NCBI GenBank assembly: GCA_951406725.2
Contig: OX597827.1
Location: 22,320,001 to 22,384,000 of the forward strand
Source: Octopus vulgaris
Lineage: Eukaryota
Length of the DNA: 64,000 nt
Direction: 5' to 3'
The first letter of the stretch is position 1. Every line of letters starts with the position of its first letter. A program made the translations under genes and the position numbers. Below the pieces are notes generated by a model that saw only the letters and a list, made by a program, of their open reading frames with translations, was not told the DNA's origin and searched no databases. Below are positions 39,982-54,976 of this stretch, in pieces.

Positions 39982-40045
<64 letters not shown>

Positions 40046-40411
40046 ATGCGCGCGCACGTGTTTGTGTAAGTTGTTTACGTCATAAGAATCTATAAGCTTT
40101 TGAGAGAAGCATGAAATAATTCGTTTTCAATTGTAGAACTCGAAGCAGATAAAGCTATAATTAAGAACAAGTAGATATTGGGCTAAAAAGGCTGCGCTCG
40201 ACTTTTTCCTTCCCAAAGGTTTCCTATACAATATTTGCATGCTATTATCTACACTTTTATCTCCTTCCAGTTCAGCAACGCCAAAGCAAAACTGCCAAAA
40301 CGTCTCATTCTCCACCCCACCCCTACTCACACACATGCATATACACAAACTCACACATAGATACATATATGCGTGTTTGCATGTCTGTGTGTGTGTGTAT
40401 ATATATAAATA

Positions 40412-40467
<56 letters not shown>

Positions 40468-40512
40468 TGCACACAGACTTATACATACATTCATATATAT
40501 ACATATATATAT

Positions 40513-40563
<51 letters not shown>

Positions 40564-40625
40564 CATTTATATATATACATTTATATATATATATATACAT
40601 TTATATATATATACATATATATATG

Positions 40626-40693
<68 letters not shown>

Positions 40694-41454
40694 TATATAA
40701 ACACTTATATATTAACATATAGACGAGAATACGCACTTAGCAAATTTTTAAAATAAAACTTAAAAACAGAATAAAATTAAATGATAGCAAATTTAAATAA
40801 CTGATTACAATGAGTGAAAATGGATTAAAATAAAATAGATTAGTTATGGTAGAAAAACAATTCTATCGCCTATGAATTATCTCATATCGGCAGTTTCAAA
40901 ATTAGTTTTTTTTTCATTGTTGTTACTCTGATTATGGCTTAATTTGTATCTATTTTGTTATCGTTATTTCTTGAAAACTAATTCTATTACTTCTTTTTTT
41001 CCCCTACCTTTTTCGTTAATTGGGAAAAGCCCCAAATTTTAAATGTCTACAGTGACTAACAGTTACATGATCAGTCAGTTGCTATGAGTTTTAATTCTGT
41101 TGTGTGTCACCTGTACATAGAGGACATTTTTTTTTATCTCGTTGGTTTAGTTTTGACAAAATGTCAGAGAGACCATTTTAAATTATAAATTATACCCTTA
41201 GATTTTAGATTAAAAATATATTTCTCGAAGGAGGCTGAATACTTGAGCATTTAATTCGAAAATTAATTGCATTCCAAATAAAACCTTTAAAACAGCTGCA
41301 GTAGGGACTATATAAAATTTAGGAGTATTATAGTTTCGAACTGTGTACTTGTAAACTGCATATTTTTTTTAGCTGACAATATATTTTGAATGGACAATTA
41401 TCTCTGAGTCTACAATTACATGGAAACTTATGGTTTTTAGATTGAATATGTTTT

Positions 41455-41865
41455 ATCCATCCTTCCATCTTCTACACCCTCTGTTTCTGGGAGGGTCGTG
41501 TGGTTAGGGTTCTCCTGCATAGGGTCTTATCAGAAGCGACCGTCATCAGACTTTCCGGTTGGATTCCCAAGTGTGACTAAGTGATACAATGAATGTTATC
41601 CAACCCTCTTGTTCTTGATTTACCCCTAGGTCTCCTGCCGGTTGACCCGGCTTGAAGAATCTGTCTTGCGATTTTTTCCTTACAACATTCTAATTACACG
41701 TCCGTATTAACGGAGCTGGGGCCTCTCAATGTGGAGAAGAAATGGTTCGACGCGGAGAAACTCCTTGATCTTCGAGCTACGCACCCAATCAAATAGTGTA
41801 TTTCCTGAGGTCCTTCGGAGGAACCCCACTTTGACCGCTTGTATCCGCGATAGTACTTTTCATGA
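41455..41865 (-). mobile_element. RTE-like LINE 3' fragment
   Basis: Translates as RIQAVKVGFLRRTSGNTLFDWVRSSKIKEFLRVEP..IERPQLR*YGRVIRM..GRRPRG. Confidence 0.75.
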
Positions 41866-42663
41866 CCGCATTGAGGATAGTCGCTTTTAACGAGTTACTA
41901 TTTTACAACCTACACCAACAACAGAAATAGTAGCAATGTATCCTTCGTAGAAACAGCATCCGCGGAGGAATTGTACAGCCTCTCACTAGTAGAGAAGCAG
42001 GTCAAATTGGAGGACGCCGTTCGATTTAGGAAAATCGAGGGGAGAGGAGCAGTTCTCGCGTTCCTACCTGAAACTTTGACTATAAGTACCAGAAAACAGT
42101 TATTTATCGCTTTGTATTGATAAGAGTCGTCTGGAGATGGCTACGAATAAACAAGGAGAAAAGGCCATTCACGATGTATTGCAGCACACCTGATATATAT
42201 ACAGGGAAGAGCAGTTCGATGGGGTTGGAGTCCTGTTTAAGACTGAAGCCCTCGCACTACAACACTTATTGGTTGTCCGCCTTAGTTATGAATTCGATCT
42301 CTTTCCCACTTATTTAGGAAGAAGAATGCTGGGACTAACAACACCGGAGGTCCCAGCAGAACTGAATCTTTGGTGGGTCCTTGCCTAGGTAGTTTTGAAG
42401 GACAGTGATACCTTGCTGGGTGTTAAGAAAACGAAGGAGAACTGGTTTGGGACCACGCTAAAAGTTCTCCGCCAAATATAATTTGAATAACGTAAAAAAT
42501 CCCGAACCTAATCTCCCTGATGCACCATCACTAGTACACTATCACTACTACGACCTCCAGCAACAGTAACGAAAAAGAAAACAGACGAAACAACCAAAAC
42601 ACAAAAACAAAACCTGAAGACAAACAGAAAAACCCTACAGCTACCAAAACAATTACATTAACT

Positions 42664-43098
42664 GGATCTTTTCGGTTTGAACGGCAGTTTTTAACATACT
42701 TTCTAGGTAACTAAACACTTTTAAACTTCGTATACTGGTAGAATGTGTTTATAAAACATCTTTTTCTCTTGGCTTTATTGAGAAAATTCTATAGTTTATA
42801 AGATATTTGTAGTTTTTTTCTTCAATTTCTGCAATTTCAACCAATCAATGACGTCTATTGAGGTGAAAACATTCTGTGCCGTATGAATATGTCCCTCGTT
42901 TAAGAAACAGATTGGGTTTATTTACATTAGTGAAGAAAAAAGATACCCTTCCCCCACCCCTAACCCTAACCCTAACCCTAACTAACCCTAACACTAAAAC
43001 AGATTGAAATGCAATAGATCGATTCTAGGGTCATAATTATGGGTGACAATTTCATATGACACCGCTAGAAAAAACTGCCGTTCAAACCGAAAAGATCC
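42664..43098. mobile_element. Non-autonomous DNA transposon with GG..CC termini and an 8-bp TSD (Merlin- or MULE-like), carrying (CCCTAA)n
   Basis: TIR ggatcttttcggtttgaacggcagttttt at both ends; cattaact duplicated at 42656-42663 and 43099-43106. Confidence 0.9.
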
Positions 43099-43277
43099 CA
43101 TTAACTGAATACACAAATTCCTCATCAGCAAGGACAATTGACACCTACATCCAGCTTCTGCTTGGAGGAGGAAAAGGTTAAGAAATGTTTTCTTACAAAT
43201 CCCAAAATAGAAAGGAAGGCCTTCAGTAAAAGAAGAGGGAAAGTTCCTGATGACTCGAAACTAGTAAAGCTAGTTAA

Positions 43278-43472
43278 TACAGTTCTATATTTAAGAGGCG
43301 AGGAATTATTTACATTATTTACAATTGACGGATATTTATCCTCATCTTGTTTGTTGTTAACACAACGTTTCGGCTGATATACCTTCCAGCCTTCATCAGG
43401 TGTCTTGAGGAAATTTCGAACCTGGGTTCTCATTCCTAAAGTATTTTTCGATGTTGTTGTTGTTGTTGTTGC

Positions 43473-43525
<53 letters not shown>

Positions 43526-43653
43526 TCACTGCTTGGAATTGAACTCGGAATTTTGGGGTTAGTAGCCCGCGCTCTTAACCACAGGCATATGGCGTAGTGG
43601 TTAAGATCACGGGCTACTAACCCCAAGATTCCGAGTTCGATTCCAAGCAGTGA

Positions 43654-43713
<60 letters not shown>

Positions 43714-43730
43714 TAATAAAAATAATAATA
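43278..43730 (-). mobile_element. tRNA-headed element: tRNA-like head, (TAA)n, hammerhead and tail, with an inverted copy of the head
   Basis: Head arms 43521-43582 and 43597-43658; A box tggcgtagtgg (43590-43600) and B box gagttcgattcc (43633-43644); HHR at 43359-43404. Confidence 0.75.
43359..43404 (-). ncRNA. Minimal type I hammerhead ribozyme with a canonical core
   Basis: gacac-CTGATGA-a-ggctg(gaaggtatat)cagcc-GAAA-cg-TT-gtgtt. Confidence 0.8.
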
Positions 43731-44619
43731 AATGCCTTGATGCAGTACCTGCATCATCGCTAGAGCGTGATGGTTTGCCCTACAAGCTTTCTCTTCGTAT
43801 GCTAGACTTGTTTAGGGACCTCTCCAGCTGACAGCAGAACGGGAGAATTTCCAGTCCTGTGAAACGAGGTGTGGTGAGAAAGGACTCGATCAAGGACTTG
43901 GGCAAGTTTGGGCCCGTAGTTCTGCTAAATATAGAGTCCAAGTTTTGGGCTAAGGGTGAATAAGAAATTTGACATGGCTGAGGTCCAGATCCATTTAATT
44001 CAATGGACAACTTTCGACAGGTTTGAGCCTTAATATTTGACGACTCTACTCACAGCAGTTAGTTTCCGTCCCGTCTTCAGAGGTTGGATTGCTTCGTGTA
44101 CAGTGACATCTGTTCGATGATTAGAACTAATGACCACCGATCGAAACTGTTCAGTATCATGTGTTCAATCCGTCAAGGGTGCCCACTCTCTCTCCTTCTG
44201 TACGTGCTGGCGTAAGGGCCACTGTTTTATAGGATGGAGGTTTCGAGAGGCATTTCGTGTGAACCAGGATACAGAAGAGCCATGTCAGCATATACTGACG
44301 ACGTCACCGTTATAGGGACGGCCACCGAGGAGATCAACACAGCTCTGAGCTTGTACGAAAAGGCGAGAAGAGCAAAACTTATCCAAGAGAAGTCATTGAG
44401 TGTGGCGGAGAGGGAGGTGGTTCTCACCCTACCCTGTAAATTTGTTAAAAAGTGGGTGTAGGTGGAGAGAATGGTTCGTGTGGAAAGGTCTGCTTTGAGA
44501 ATAGATGGAAATGGAGCGCTTCACAATGGATGGCTTTCAACAAGTGGCTAGATGAGGTTTATATGCTTGATTCTCAATTTGCACCGTTGTTTTGATAATT
44601 TGCGTCTGTATCTAATACA

Positions 44620-45008
44620 GACGTAGGAGTGGCTCTGTGGTAAGTAGCATGGTTCCGGGTTCAGTCCCACTGCGTGACACCTTGGGCAAGTGTCTTCTAC
44701 TATAGCCTCGGGCCGACCAAAGCCTTGTGAGTGGATTTGGTAAACGGAAACTGAAAGAAGCCCGTCGTATATATGTATATATATATGTGTATGTTTGTGT
44801 GTTGTGTTTGTCCCCCACCCCAACATCGCTTGACAACCGATGCTGGTGTGTTTACGTCCCCGAAACTTAGCGGTTCGGCAAAAGAGACCGATAGAATAAG
44901 TACTAGGCTTACAAAGAATAAGTCCTGGGGTCGATTTGTTCGACTAAAGGCGGTGCTCCAGCATGGCCACAGTCAAATGACTGAAACAAGTAAATAAGTA
45001 AATGAGAA
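44620..45008 (+). mobile_element. SINE family A
   Basis: Near full length, with a small deletion in the head. Confidence 0.9.
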
Positions 45009-45307
45009 TAGCTCTCATGCGCAGCAACGACCGCCAAAGAGGTTAGAATTTATGAAGAAATCAGGTAATATTTTAGCTTAACTTAGCCTCGCATCATTCC
45101 TCAGTTTATCAAACTGTATTGTTTCAGTTATTCATGACTCATCGGCGAGCCAAAGGCAAAACAGAATATATTTTGCCGGAGTAACGATTAGGAAACAAGC
45201 ATTTCTATTCACTCTCAGACTTATCAGGAAGAACTTTATTCAAAGAGGTCAGTCAAGGCTTCATTCGGAACCTCTCACACACTGAAAAACATATATACAC
45301 ACATACA

Positions 45308-45353
<46 letters not shown>

Positions 45354-45799
45354 TGTGTGTGTATCTACATCTACATGCAAGTATGTGTGTGTGTATATAT
45401 ATAGTGCTTACTTGACAAAAGAAAAAAAATGACAATCCCGAAATATAAATATACATACAATTATAGAAGAGTATGTATTATATCCATATATAAAGGATTC
45501 CATCCATGCCTCACACAACAATGTGCATATCGTAGCAGGTTGGACAGCATGTTTATTAATTTTTGATTATTTGAAAATTCTATAACATCGAACACAATGT
45601 CTACAATATATTCAAAAGATTTCAAGTAGTTAGGGGTCCAAAGGGGTCCAAATATTGACAATGGGAGTTACGGTAGCCCTGGTTTACGAAGATGTAAGTC
45701 GCATAAGATTGAGCTGTGTTAGCCGTCTGTTACTTAGACTCTGAAAAGACCATGAAAAGAGCGAGTAATGTCATTCCTGTTTCATTTGAGAGAAAGTCA

Positions 45800-46095
45800 T
45801 TGTTGTTTGTTGTTTGTTCCTTCCCGAGCCATGCCTGGCTCATAAGGGCCAGTTTCCCGGTTTCCTTGGTGTATAGGTTCCCCACCTGGACGGGACGCCG
45901 GTCCGTTGCAGGTGAGCGGCAAGATGCAGGAGAAAAGAGTGAGAGAAAGTTGTGGCGAAAGAGTCAGCAGAAGTTTCGCCATTACCTTCTGCCGGAGCTG
46001 CGTTGAGCTTAGGTGTTTTCGGTCATAAACAAACACATCGCCCGGTCTGAGATTCGAACCCACGATCCCTCGACTGTGAATCTGCTGCTCTAACC
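45800..46095 (-). mobile_element. tRNA-derived SINE family E with an (AAC)-rich tail
   Basis: Head gtggaggtacatggcctagtggttagagc...gggttcgaatctc; a related tail fragment lies at ~53980-54105. Confidence 0.75.
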
Positions 46096-46542
46096 ACTAG
46101 GCCATGTACCTCCACATATCATACCTTGATATTGTGCGAACTAACATTCCTGTTTACAGGTCCCCTGATATTAAATAAAGCCTTAACAAGGTATGCGAAT
46201 TAGTATCACCAGTTTTGTGTAGCGACTGGAATCGTTTAGTATTTAAACGGATTGGCTACTTCCTTTCTCTGGGATTGGTGAAATTGATGTGAACACCTCT
46301 AATGAAAACCCAATAAGGTTCGAAAATCAATTAACGCTCTTCATCTATCTAACTATATATATGTAATCAATATAATATATATAGATGAGTGTATTTTTAC
46401 CTTGTTAACAATTAACACGGAAAAATAAATAAATAGTTACCAGGGTAGCAGAAATCTCACAAGTAAAGAGGTTGTAAATATTTGATTTACACCTGCGTTA
46501 AACTCCATTTATTTATTCATATATATATATATATATATATAT

Positions 46543-46565
46543 ATTCAGATGAATATGGTAATTAA

Positions 46566-46633
<68 letters not shown>

Positions 46634-46833
46634 TAAGTTAAAGGCACCAGAATTTGGTATGGTATTATCCATATAAATCAAATGGGGTGATTATAATCAA
46701 AATAAGCAACAAAGATATCGAAGGATATCTCGACATTTTAAAACTGATGTAATACTTACAGTGTTTAATAAAATGAAATAGCATGAACCAATTGTACCAC
46801 ACTACCTTGGATATCTTTCTTGCTTATTTTGAT

Positions 46834-46837
<4 letters not shown>
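46543..46837. repeat. TA-anchored repeat with a short fold-back
   Basis: Arms 46692-46724 and 46805-46837; same family as 37208-37410. Confidence 0.65.
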
Positions 46838-46864
<27 letters not shown>

Positions 46865-47420
46865 CTGTCTGTCTATAAGTAAATAATTTTATCTATCTAT
46901 ATATATAGAAATATGTCAAATAAATGGCATGGCATCCACTTGCCACCAAGTAAATCAGGAAATATATTATACATACATTAGTTCGAACACAACTTTTATA
47001 AAATTTTTGGCTTCTTATACCAAATGATGACATGAATACTGATTTTAAAAAGAAAAATATTTATTACCTTAAAATGTAAAAAAAACAATATTCACACACA
47101 CACACACACATAAATATGTACGTTATATATATATATATATATATAATAAGAAAATAGAGCTAATTAATAAATTATTATTTATTAATCAATTAATAATAAT
47201 TCATTAATTATCTCACTATTTTCTTATCATATTATAATATATAAATAAATATAAACCACGGTTTTTAAAGTTACCTTACAGTTGAATATTAACTGTAATG
47301 TCCAACATTCTTTGTAAATGTAACTAAGTGCATGTATATATATATATGCATGTATATATATATACATGCACGCTTCTTAGTTTCAATTTAAGAACTGTGG
47401 CCATGGTGGGGCACCAACAG

Positions 47421-47705
<285 letters not shown>

Positions 47706-47778
47706 ATATATATATATATGTGTGTGTGTTGGTAGCAATTTATTATAATTCTCGTGCTATATTATTCTCACATATAAT

Positions 47779-47818
<40 letters not shown>

Positions 47819-48033
47819 AGAGTATTGTAGAGTTCGCTGGAAGCATTGTGTATTGTTTGTGAAATATAACGTGTCTGGAACGGCACAACAATGCAGAATG
47901 GACAATAATAACTGTTAGAAAGGATTTGATTATTCGTAGTCTGATATAATCTTTCTGAATATAAAAATTCCTTCTTCAAGTAACAGTCGTTATAGTCCAC
48001 TCTACATTGTTGCGCCATTAAACACACGTTGTA

Positions 48034-48088
<55 letters not shown>

Positions 48089-48249
48089 GGAAATAATTAA
48101 CATTTAGTTGAATTAGGGACTTTATTTGAGACACCAAGTCAGTCCGGTATTAACCACACACCTATATATATATTACATACATATACAGGCATATATGTAT
48201 ATATACATACATATATATTTATGTATTCTTTATATATATGTATATGCAC

Positions 48250-48438
48250 TTCTACCCTTTTACTTGTTTCGGTCATTTGACTGCGGTCATGTTGGAGCAC
48301 CGCCTTTAGTCGAACAAATCGACCCCAGGACTTATTCTAGTACTTATTTCATCGGTCTTTTTGCGGAACCACTAAGTTACGGGGACATAAACACACCAGC
48401 ATCGATTATGTAGTGAGGGTGAGAGGACAAACACAAAT

Positions 48439-48473
<35 letters not shown>

Positions 48474-48630
48474 TATACTTCGGGCTTCTTTCTACCAAAT
48501 CCACTCACAAGGCTTTGGTTGGTTTGAGGTTATAGTAGAAAACACTTGCCCAAGATGCCACGCAGTGGAACTGAACCCGGATATCATGTGGTTGGATAAC
48601 ACGCTTCTTACCACACAGCCATTCCTGCCC
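48250..48630 (-). mobile_element. SINE family A
   Basis: Tail, middle and head are recognisable. Confidence 0.85.
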
Positions 48631-48821
48631 CTAATATATATATATATATACAAATTGAGATAGGGATTGTAAATGCAACCCTCCATGGGATAACATATAT
48701 CCAATATACTACTAGTGGGGTACCCAACAAAGTTAATGCATAAATGTTAAGAATTGCGATGCAATCAATTCATTTACTGCATTATATGGGCAAAGGTAAA
48801 ATGTTTTACCACAAATTTATA

Positions 48822-48960
48822 ATACAAAATAAGAAAATGGAGAAATACATCCAAATCAAATATCAACGTGATTGGGTACTATCTGGTAGTTATTTGATTT
48901 GGATGTATTTCTGGTAGTTATTTGATTTGGATAATATTTCTTCATTTTCTTATTTTGTAT
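48822..48960. repeat. Short fold-back with an internal tandem duplication
   Basis: atacaaaataagaaaatg..gaaat..atccaaatcaaata is mirrored on the right; tctggtagttatttgatttggat occurs twice. Confidence 0.7.
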
Positions 48961-49487
48961 ATATATGTATATATATTATTTATGTATATAAGCACATATT
49001 TATATACACACAGGCACATTCATAATGTGTATGTGTGTATTTGTGAGTGTGTGCATGTGTGTGTGTGTTTGTAACATCTTAAATGACGCGCAATAAGCAA
49101 TCTCCGGTATTATTCGAGGCCAGCAAATAGCAACACAGCCGAACACATTAAAACCGAACGAATACAGCAGGACAGTTTGAACAGAAATGCAACAATGGAC
49201 GCTGTGCTATTTATTTCTCGAATGAATAGCTTTTATTCCAAAATACGGTCTTTCATCTTTTAGTATTTTACCACCATACAATATATATATATATATATAT
49301 ATACACATACATAACTACTCTCTCTCTCTCTCCCTCCCTATATGTATATATACACACACGTCTATCTATGTATATATGTATATACGTGAAAATGTATATA
49401 TATGTTTGTGTGTGTATGTATATATAGATATGTATGCATATATATATGTATATGTATGTATGAGTGTGTGTCTATATAAAAATATAA

Positions 49488-49537
<50 letters not shown>

Positions 49538-49591
49538 ATGTATATATGTGTGTATGTATGTATATATATATATATATATCTATATGTATGA

Positions 49592-49660
<69 letters not shown>

Positions 49661-49684
49661 TATACATATATAGATACATATATG

Positions 49685-49842
49685 TACATAGCACATAAAT
49701 GTGAAACAAGGTGGAGAAAAATAGTACTCGAATACCGGAGGTAGAGTAAGATGCTTTATTAATAAAGCTGCAAAGACATGAAAAAAATATCACAAAAAAG
49801 TACTACTCAGAGTTTCACGTTACCGTTCGTCGGATAGCTTTG
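49685..49842 (-). mobile_element. HHR element of the 17525-17760 family
   Basis: tat-CCGACGA-acg(gtaa)cgt-GAAA-ctc(t)gag-TA-gta at ~49798-49840, plus the shared tail ccaccttgtttcacatttatgtgc. Confidence 0.8.
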
Positions 49843-49868
49843 ATTATACAAATATGTATGTATGTGTC

Positions 49869-49938
<70 letters not shown>

Positions 49939-50594
49939 ATTTAAGACATCCTGGAGACGTCCTACGCAGGATTGTTTCCATATCAGTTATTCAGGTGTCA
50001 TTTCAATCTACTCTAAGCTCCCTATCTTCCTCTATAAACCACTGACGCCATAGAAGAGTTCCCAACCCTTTTAATTAAATGAGTTTTTCCACAGACACCT
50101 TTTAATATGCTTATCCTTATGTATGTATGTATGTATGTATGTATGTATGTATATATATATATATATACATACATATATATATACATACATATATATATAT
50201 ACATACACAAACACACATACACACATATATATATGAAATTTTGAATTTAGTTCACGGACACCCTGTACTACCTTTGCGGACCTCAGGTTGGGAACCACTG
50301 CCATAGGAACGTCACAATACATACATACATGTAGATATACATACACACACATACATACACATACACACATACATACATACATACATACATACATACATAC
50401 ATACATACATACATACACACACATACATACATACATACATACATACATACATACATACATACATACATACACACATACATACATACATGCATACATACAT
50501 ACGTACATACGTACGTGCATACATATTTCTATATAGAAATACACATCCACGCCTAAAAATAGTGATTTCAGAATTTGTCACAATGCCAGCAATT

Positions 50595-50968
50595 TTGGTA
50601 CTTAATTTATCGACTCAGAAAAAAAATGAAAGGCAATGTCGACCTCGGCGGATTTTGAACTCGGAACATGAAAACAGAAGAAATACCTATTTCTTTATTA
50701 CCCACAAGGGGCTAAACACAGAGAGGACAAACAAGGACAGACAAACGGATTAAGTCGATTACATCGACCCCAGTGCGTAACTGGTACTTAATTTATCGAC
50801 CACGAAAGGATAAAAGGCAAAGTCGACCTCGGCGGAATTTGAACTCAGAACGTAACAGCAGACGAAATATCGCTAAACATTTCGCCCGGCGTGCTAACGC
50901 TTCTGCCAGAAGAAATGCCGCCAAACATTTTTTTCCGGCGCGGTAACGACTCTGCCAGCTCATCGCAT
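50595..50968 (-). mobile_element. Younger SINE B nested inside an older SINE B
   Basis: The duplication cagaagaaat(a/g)cc at 50675-50687 and 50907-50919 brackets the inner copy. Confidence 0.85.
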
Positions 50969-51529
50969 TGAATTACTGAAAATATTGAAGGCGCTTTCTC
51001 AGTAGATGTGCCATTCACAATATCCCGGGGGCCGCAGGTTGTTCATGATGGCTGTATACGCTGTATTTTAGACACAATTTCATTCGTTTTGTGAAGGCGC
51101 GATCATGAGGTCACGGAATCGAGTAGCGGGCAAGGTTCTTGAGCAATTTACTTCAGTCCACATAGACCCAGCCGACACAATTAAAAATGCGCATCAGCCT
51201 TTTCACCCTCCAATTTCTCACAACGTTGATGTGCCGCTGAATGAAGGCGAGCAAAGCCGAGAGGGAGTCCATGTCTACTTGGGAGTACGTAACTACATAA
51301 AACAATTAGCGAGGAAGCGAGTCATATTCCCTTGTCAGTGACGGCTGAGCTTTTCCTGTAAGGGTTACGCGCGCGCGTGCATGTAATGAATATAAGTACA
51401 AAATCTCTACATCTATATTCGTACATACACACACATATATACATATATATATATTTGTACATACATGCATACATAAATACATATATACATATATATATAT
51501 GTGTATGTACGTATATACATTTATATATA

Positions 51530-51663
<134 letters not shown>

Positions 51664-52050
51664 GTATATATGTAGCGTGCATATATAGGTTAGTGCGTGT
51701 ATGTATGCATGTGACGTTGGCAAGTAATTAAAATGCGTGTCGATATATATATATTAATAGGTAATTATATATCAGTATGTATATACAGATCAGTATACGT
51801 ATATATGCCGGCAGTGTAAGGTCTGTTAAAGTAATATGCGTATTATATACACCGGAGATAGAATTTGGCACGCAGCTGTGATTTCTCTATGAAGACATCC
51901 ACCCACACGTTCGGAAATACATACACGTACACATAAATATACATACAGAGGTACATACATGCATACACATATACACATACATACATACGTAAATGATAGA
52001 AAGTGCAATGAACATATATACATGGAAGTATATGCATAACTATGTATGTT

Positions 52051-52102
<52 letters not shown>

Positions 52103-52286
52103 CATACACACACATACACACGTATACACACACACACGTGTATATATATAAATATATATATACATACACACGCACACCCACACACACATATACATATACA
52201 CACGCACGCACACACTCTCACACACACACACATATATAACATATGTATATATAAATAATACATATTTATATATATATATATATATT

Positions 52287-52664
52287 TTCTCTTTTACTTG
52301 TTTCAGTCATTTGACTGCGGCCAAAATCGCCTTAAATCGAGCAACTCGACCCCGGGACTTATTCTTTGTAAGCCCAGTACTTATTATATCGGTCTCTTTT
52401 GCCGAACCGCTAAGTGACGGGGACATAAACACACCAGCATCGGTTGTCAAGCAATGCTAGGGGGACAAACACAGACACACAAACAAACGCACACACATAT
52501 ATACGACGGGCTTCTTTCAGTTTCCATCTACCAAATCCACTCACAAGGCTTTGGTCTGCCCGAGGCTATAGTAGAAGACACTTGCCCAAGGTGCCACGCA
52601 GTGGGACTGAACCCAGAACCATGTGGTTGGTAAGCAAGCTACTTACCACACAGCCACTCCTGCG

Positions 52665-52666
<2 letters not shown>
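52287..52666 (-). mobile_element. SINE family A, full length
   Basis: Head, middle and tail are intact. Confidence 0.9.
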
Positions 52667-52727
<61 letters not shown>

Positions 52728-53315
52728 CTATCTCTTTTGCATTCATATATTAACAGTTTAGATCTTAATTATAAAAAAGAATATGAAAGCATTATTCTAT
52801 GCTAATTTAGTTAATTTAGTGAAGCTCCCTTCTCAGTTTGTAAGAAAGAAATTTAAACGTAATAAAATGTTTTAAAAGAAATTTAAAGTGCCTACGTAAT
52901 AACCGTAAACCTACTTTTGGGCCACCCTGTATGTATATACACGAATCGCATTCACATACATACGCACACAAACACACACAACACAATTTCTGCATATTAA
53001 TGTGGACGTCTTTAATGAAGAGGTTTGTGTTTGTGTGTGTGTGTTCTTATATACAGGGTAGTCTAAAGTCACTGGGCCATTTTAAAATAACATTTTACAA
53101 TTATTTTATTTCTTTCAGATTATTGACAAAATGGCCAGTCGGAGAACGTAATTTTCAAAAGTATTCTAAAATATTCCACCAAAACTATAGTTATTGTTCA
53201 TAAAAGAATAAATGTGAATATTTAATAAATAAAAAGGTTATTGCATCTTGAAATAGTCAGGGTGACTGTTCACCCACGCCCCTCTCTCTATATATATATC
53301 TATATATGTATGTAA

Positions 53316-53352
<37 letters not shown>

Positions 53353-53491
53353 GAGACAGACAGAGAGAGACAGAGAGAGAGAGACAGAGAGAGACAGACA
53401 GACAGACAGACAGAGACAGAGACAGACAGACAGACAGAAAGTGTTCTATGTATGTATGTGTGAATACGTATACATACATATATATGTTATA

Positions 53492-53564
<73 letters not shown>

Positions 53565-53717
53565 GTGTGTCTATAATACATATGTGTGTGTGAGTGTGTG
53601 TGCGCATATCTGCACTCATTTAATGCACTTATGGGTACATACGTATATGTATATATGTGTATATATGTATATACATGAATATATATGTATGCATATATAT
53701 ATATATATATATATTTC

Positions 53718-53762
<45 letters not shown>

Positions 53763-53831
53763 CGGGAAGCTTTATGAAAATAGACAAAAGACGAAGGCAG
53801 GTTTACGGAAATAAACAAAAGACGTGTGTGT

Positions 53832-53869
<38 letters not shown>

Positions 53870-53912
53870 GTATATATATACGTGAGTATTTATGAAATAT
53901 CTATGTATATAA

Positions 53913-53954
<42 letters not shown>

Positions 53955-54404
53955 CCCAGTCGTTAGGTTGTTGTACTGGATTTCCGGACCAGCTGGCAAA
54001 AGTGAGTAACCTTGTGAAAGACTGGGTCCTGTCCAGGGGGAATATATACACCACAGAAATCGAGAAACCGACCTTATGAGTCTCTATGGCTCTGGAAGAA
54101 GCTTCGTCCTCTATCCCAGTCAGTAGGACCTTTAGAATAAACTTGACTTTACTCAAAGTATTGAGTGACCCCAAATGATAAATTTTCTATTAGAGATTTA
54201 GAAATTTAATATTTCCAAATTTTCTATTGTTATTCTTAAATTCGTTTCTTAGTAATAAGCTTAAAATAACCACCCATCCAGCCAGCCATTCATCAATCCG
54301 TCCATCCATCCATCCATCTATACATACATACATACATACATACATACATACATACATACATACATACATACATACATACATACATACATACATACATACA
54401 TACA

Positions 54405-54436
<32 letters not shown>

Positions 54437-54874
54437 CGCACGTATATACATATATATGTATGTATTTATCTAAATATGCATTTATATGTGGATGTATATA
54501 TGATACATATATATGAATGTATGTATGTAATTGTATCAGTGCCTTTTACAGTTAGTTTGAAGGTAAATAATTATAATTTTAACATAAGTCTTTCATTTTA
54601 ATTAGAGACATCTGGAAGAATTTACATACAGACTACATATAACTTTTCTATCATCTTGTACTTATATATATATATATGTGTTTGTATGTATAGATATAAG
54701 ATTATAGACATATGTCGCCAGCGCCATTAGTTCTTTTTTAATTTTAAGAGCTATTGATCCACGGACAAACAGACGAACAGACACATCTCTTAGGAAGCGT
54801 CAAACACATTTTGATGAAAGATATCTCACCAAGACCTATGCTAAATTCATTATGGTACACCCACCATAATTAGT

Positions 54875-54907
<33 letters not shown>

Positions 54908-54931
54908 TTCTTTCGGATTTGTTTTTACAGA

Positions 54932-54974
<43 letters not shown>

Positions 54975-54976
<2 letters not shown>

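Larger units (their letters stand above)
41950..44580 (+). mobile_element. Decayed Tx1/L1-clade LINE interrupted by later insertions
   Basis: DGLPYK; KFGPVVLLNIESKFWAK (RP..LLN.D.K..AK motif); frameshifted VRQGCPLS..LYVLA; SAYTDDVTV. The 5' boundary is uncertain. Confidence 0.6.

Noticed and set aside
42958-42998. Telomere or chromosome-fusion remnant
   Set aside because: Only a few units, lying inside a TIR element with a TSD.
43584-43658. tRNA gene (also the other tRNA-like heads)
   Set aside because: A and B boxes are present but there is no proper acceptor stem, and the heads run into SINE bodies or microsatellites.
50985-51360. GC-richer unique segment; possible exon or Tx1-like RT fragment (IQRHINVVRN...VYVD*SK on the minus strand)
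   Set aside because: The similarity is too weak to call by eye; it needs BLASTx.
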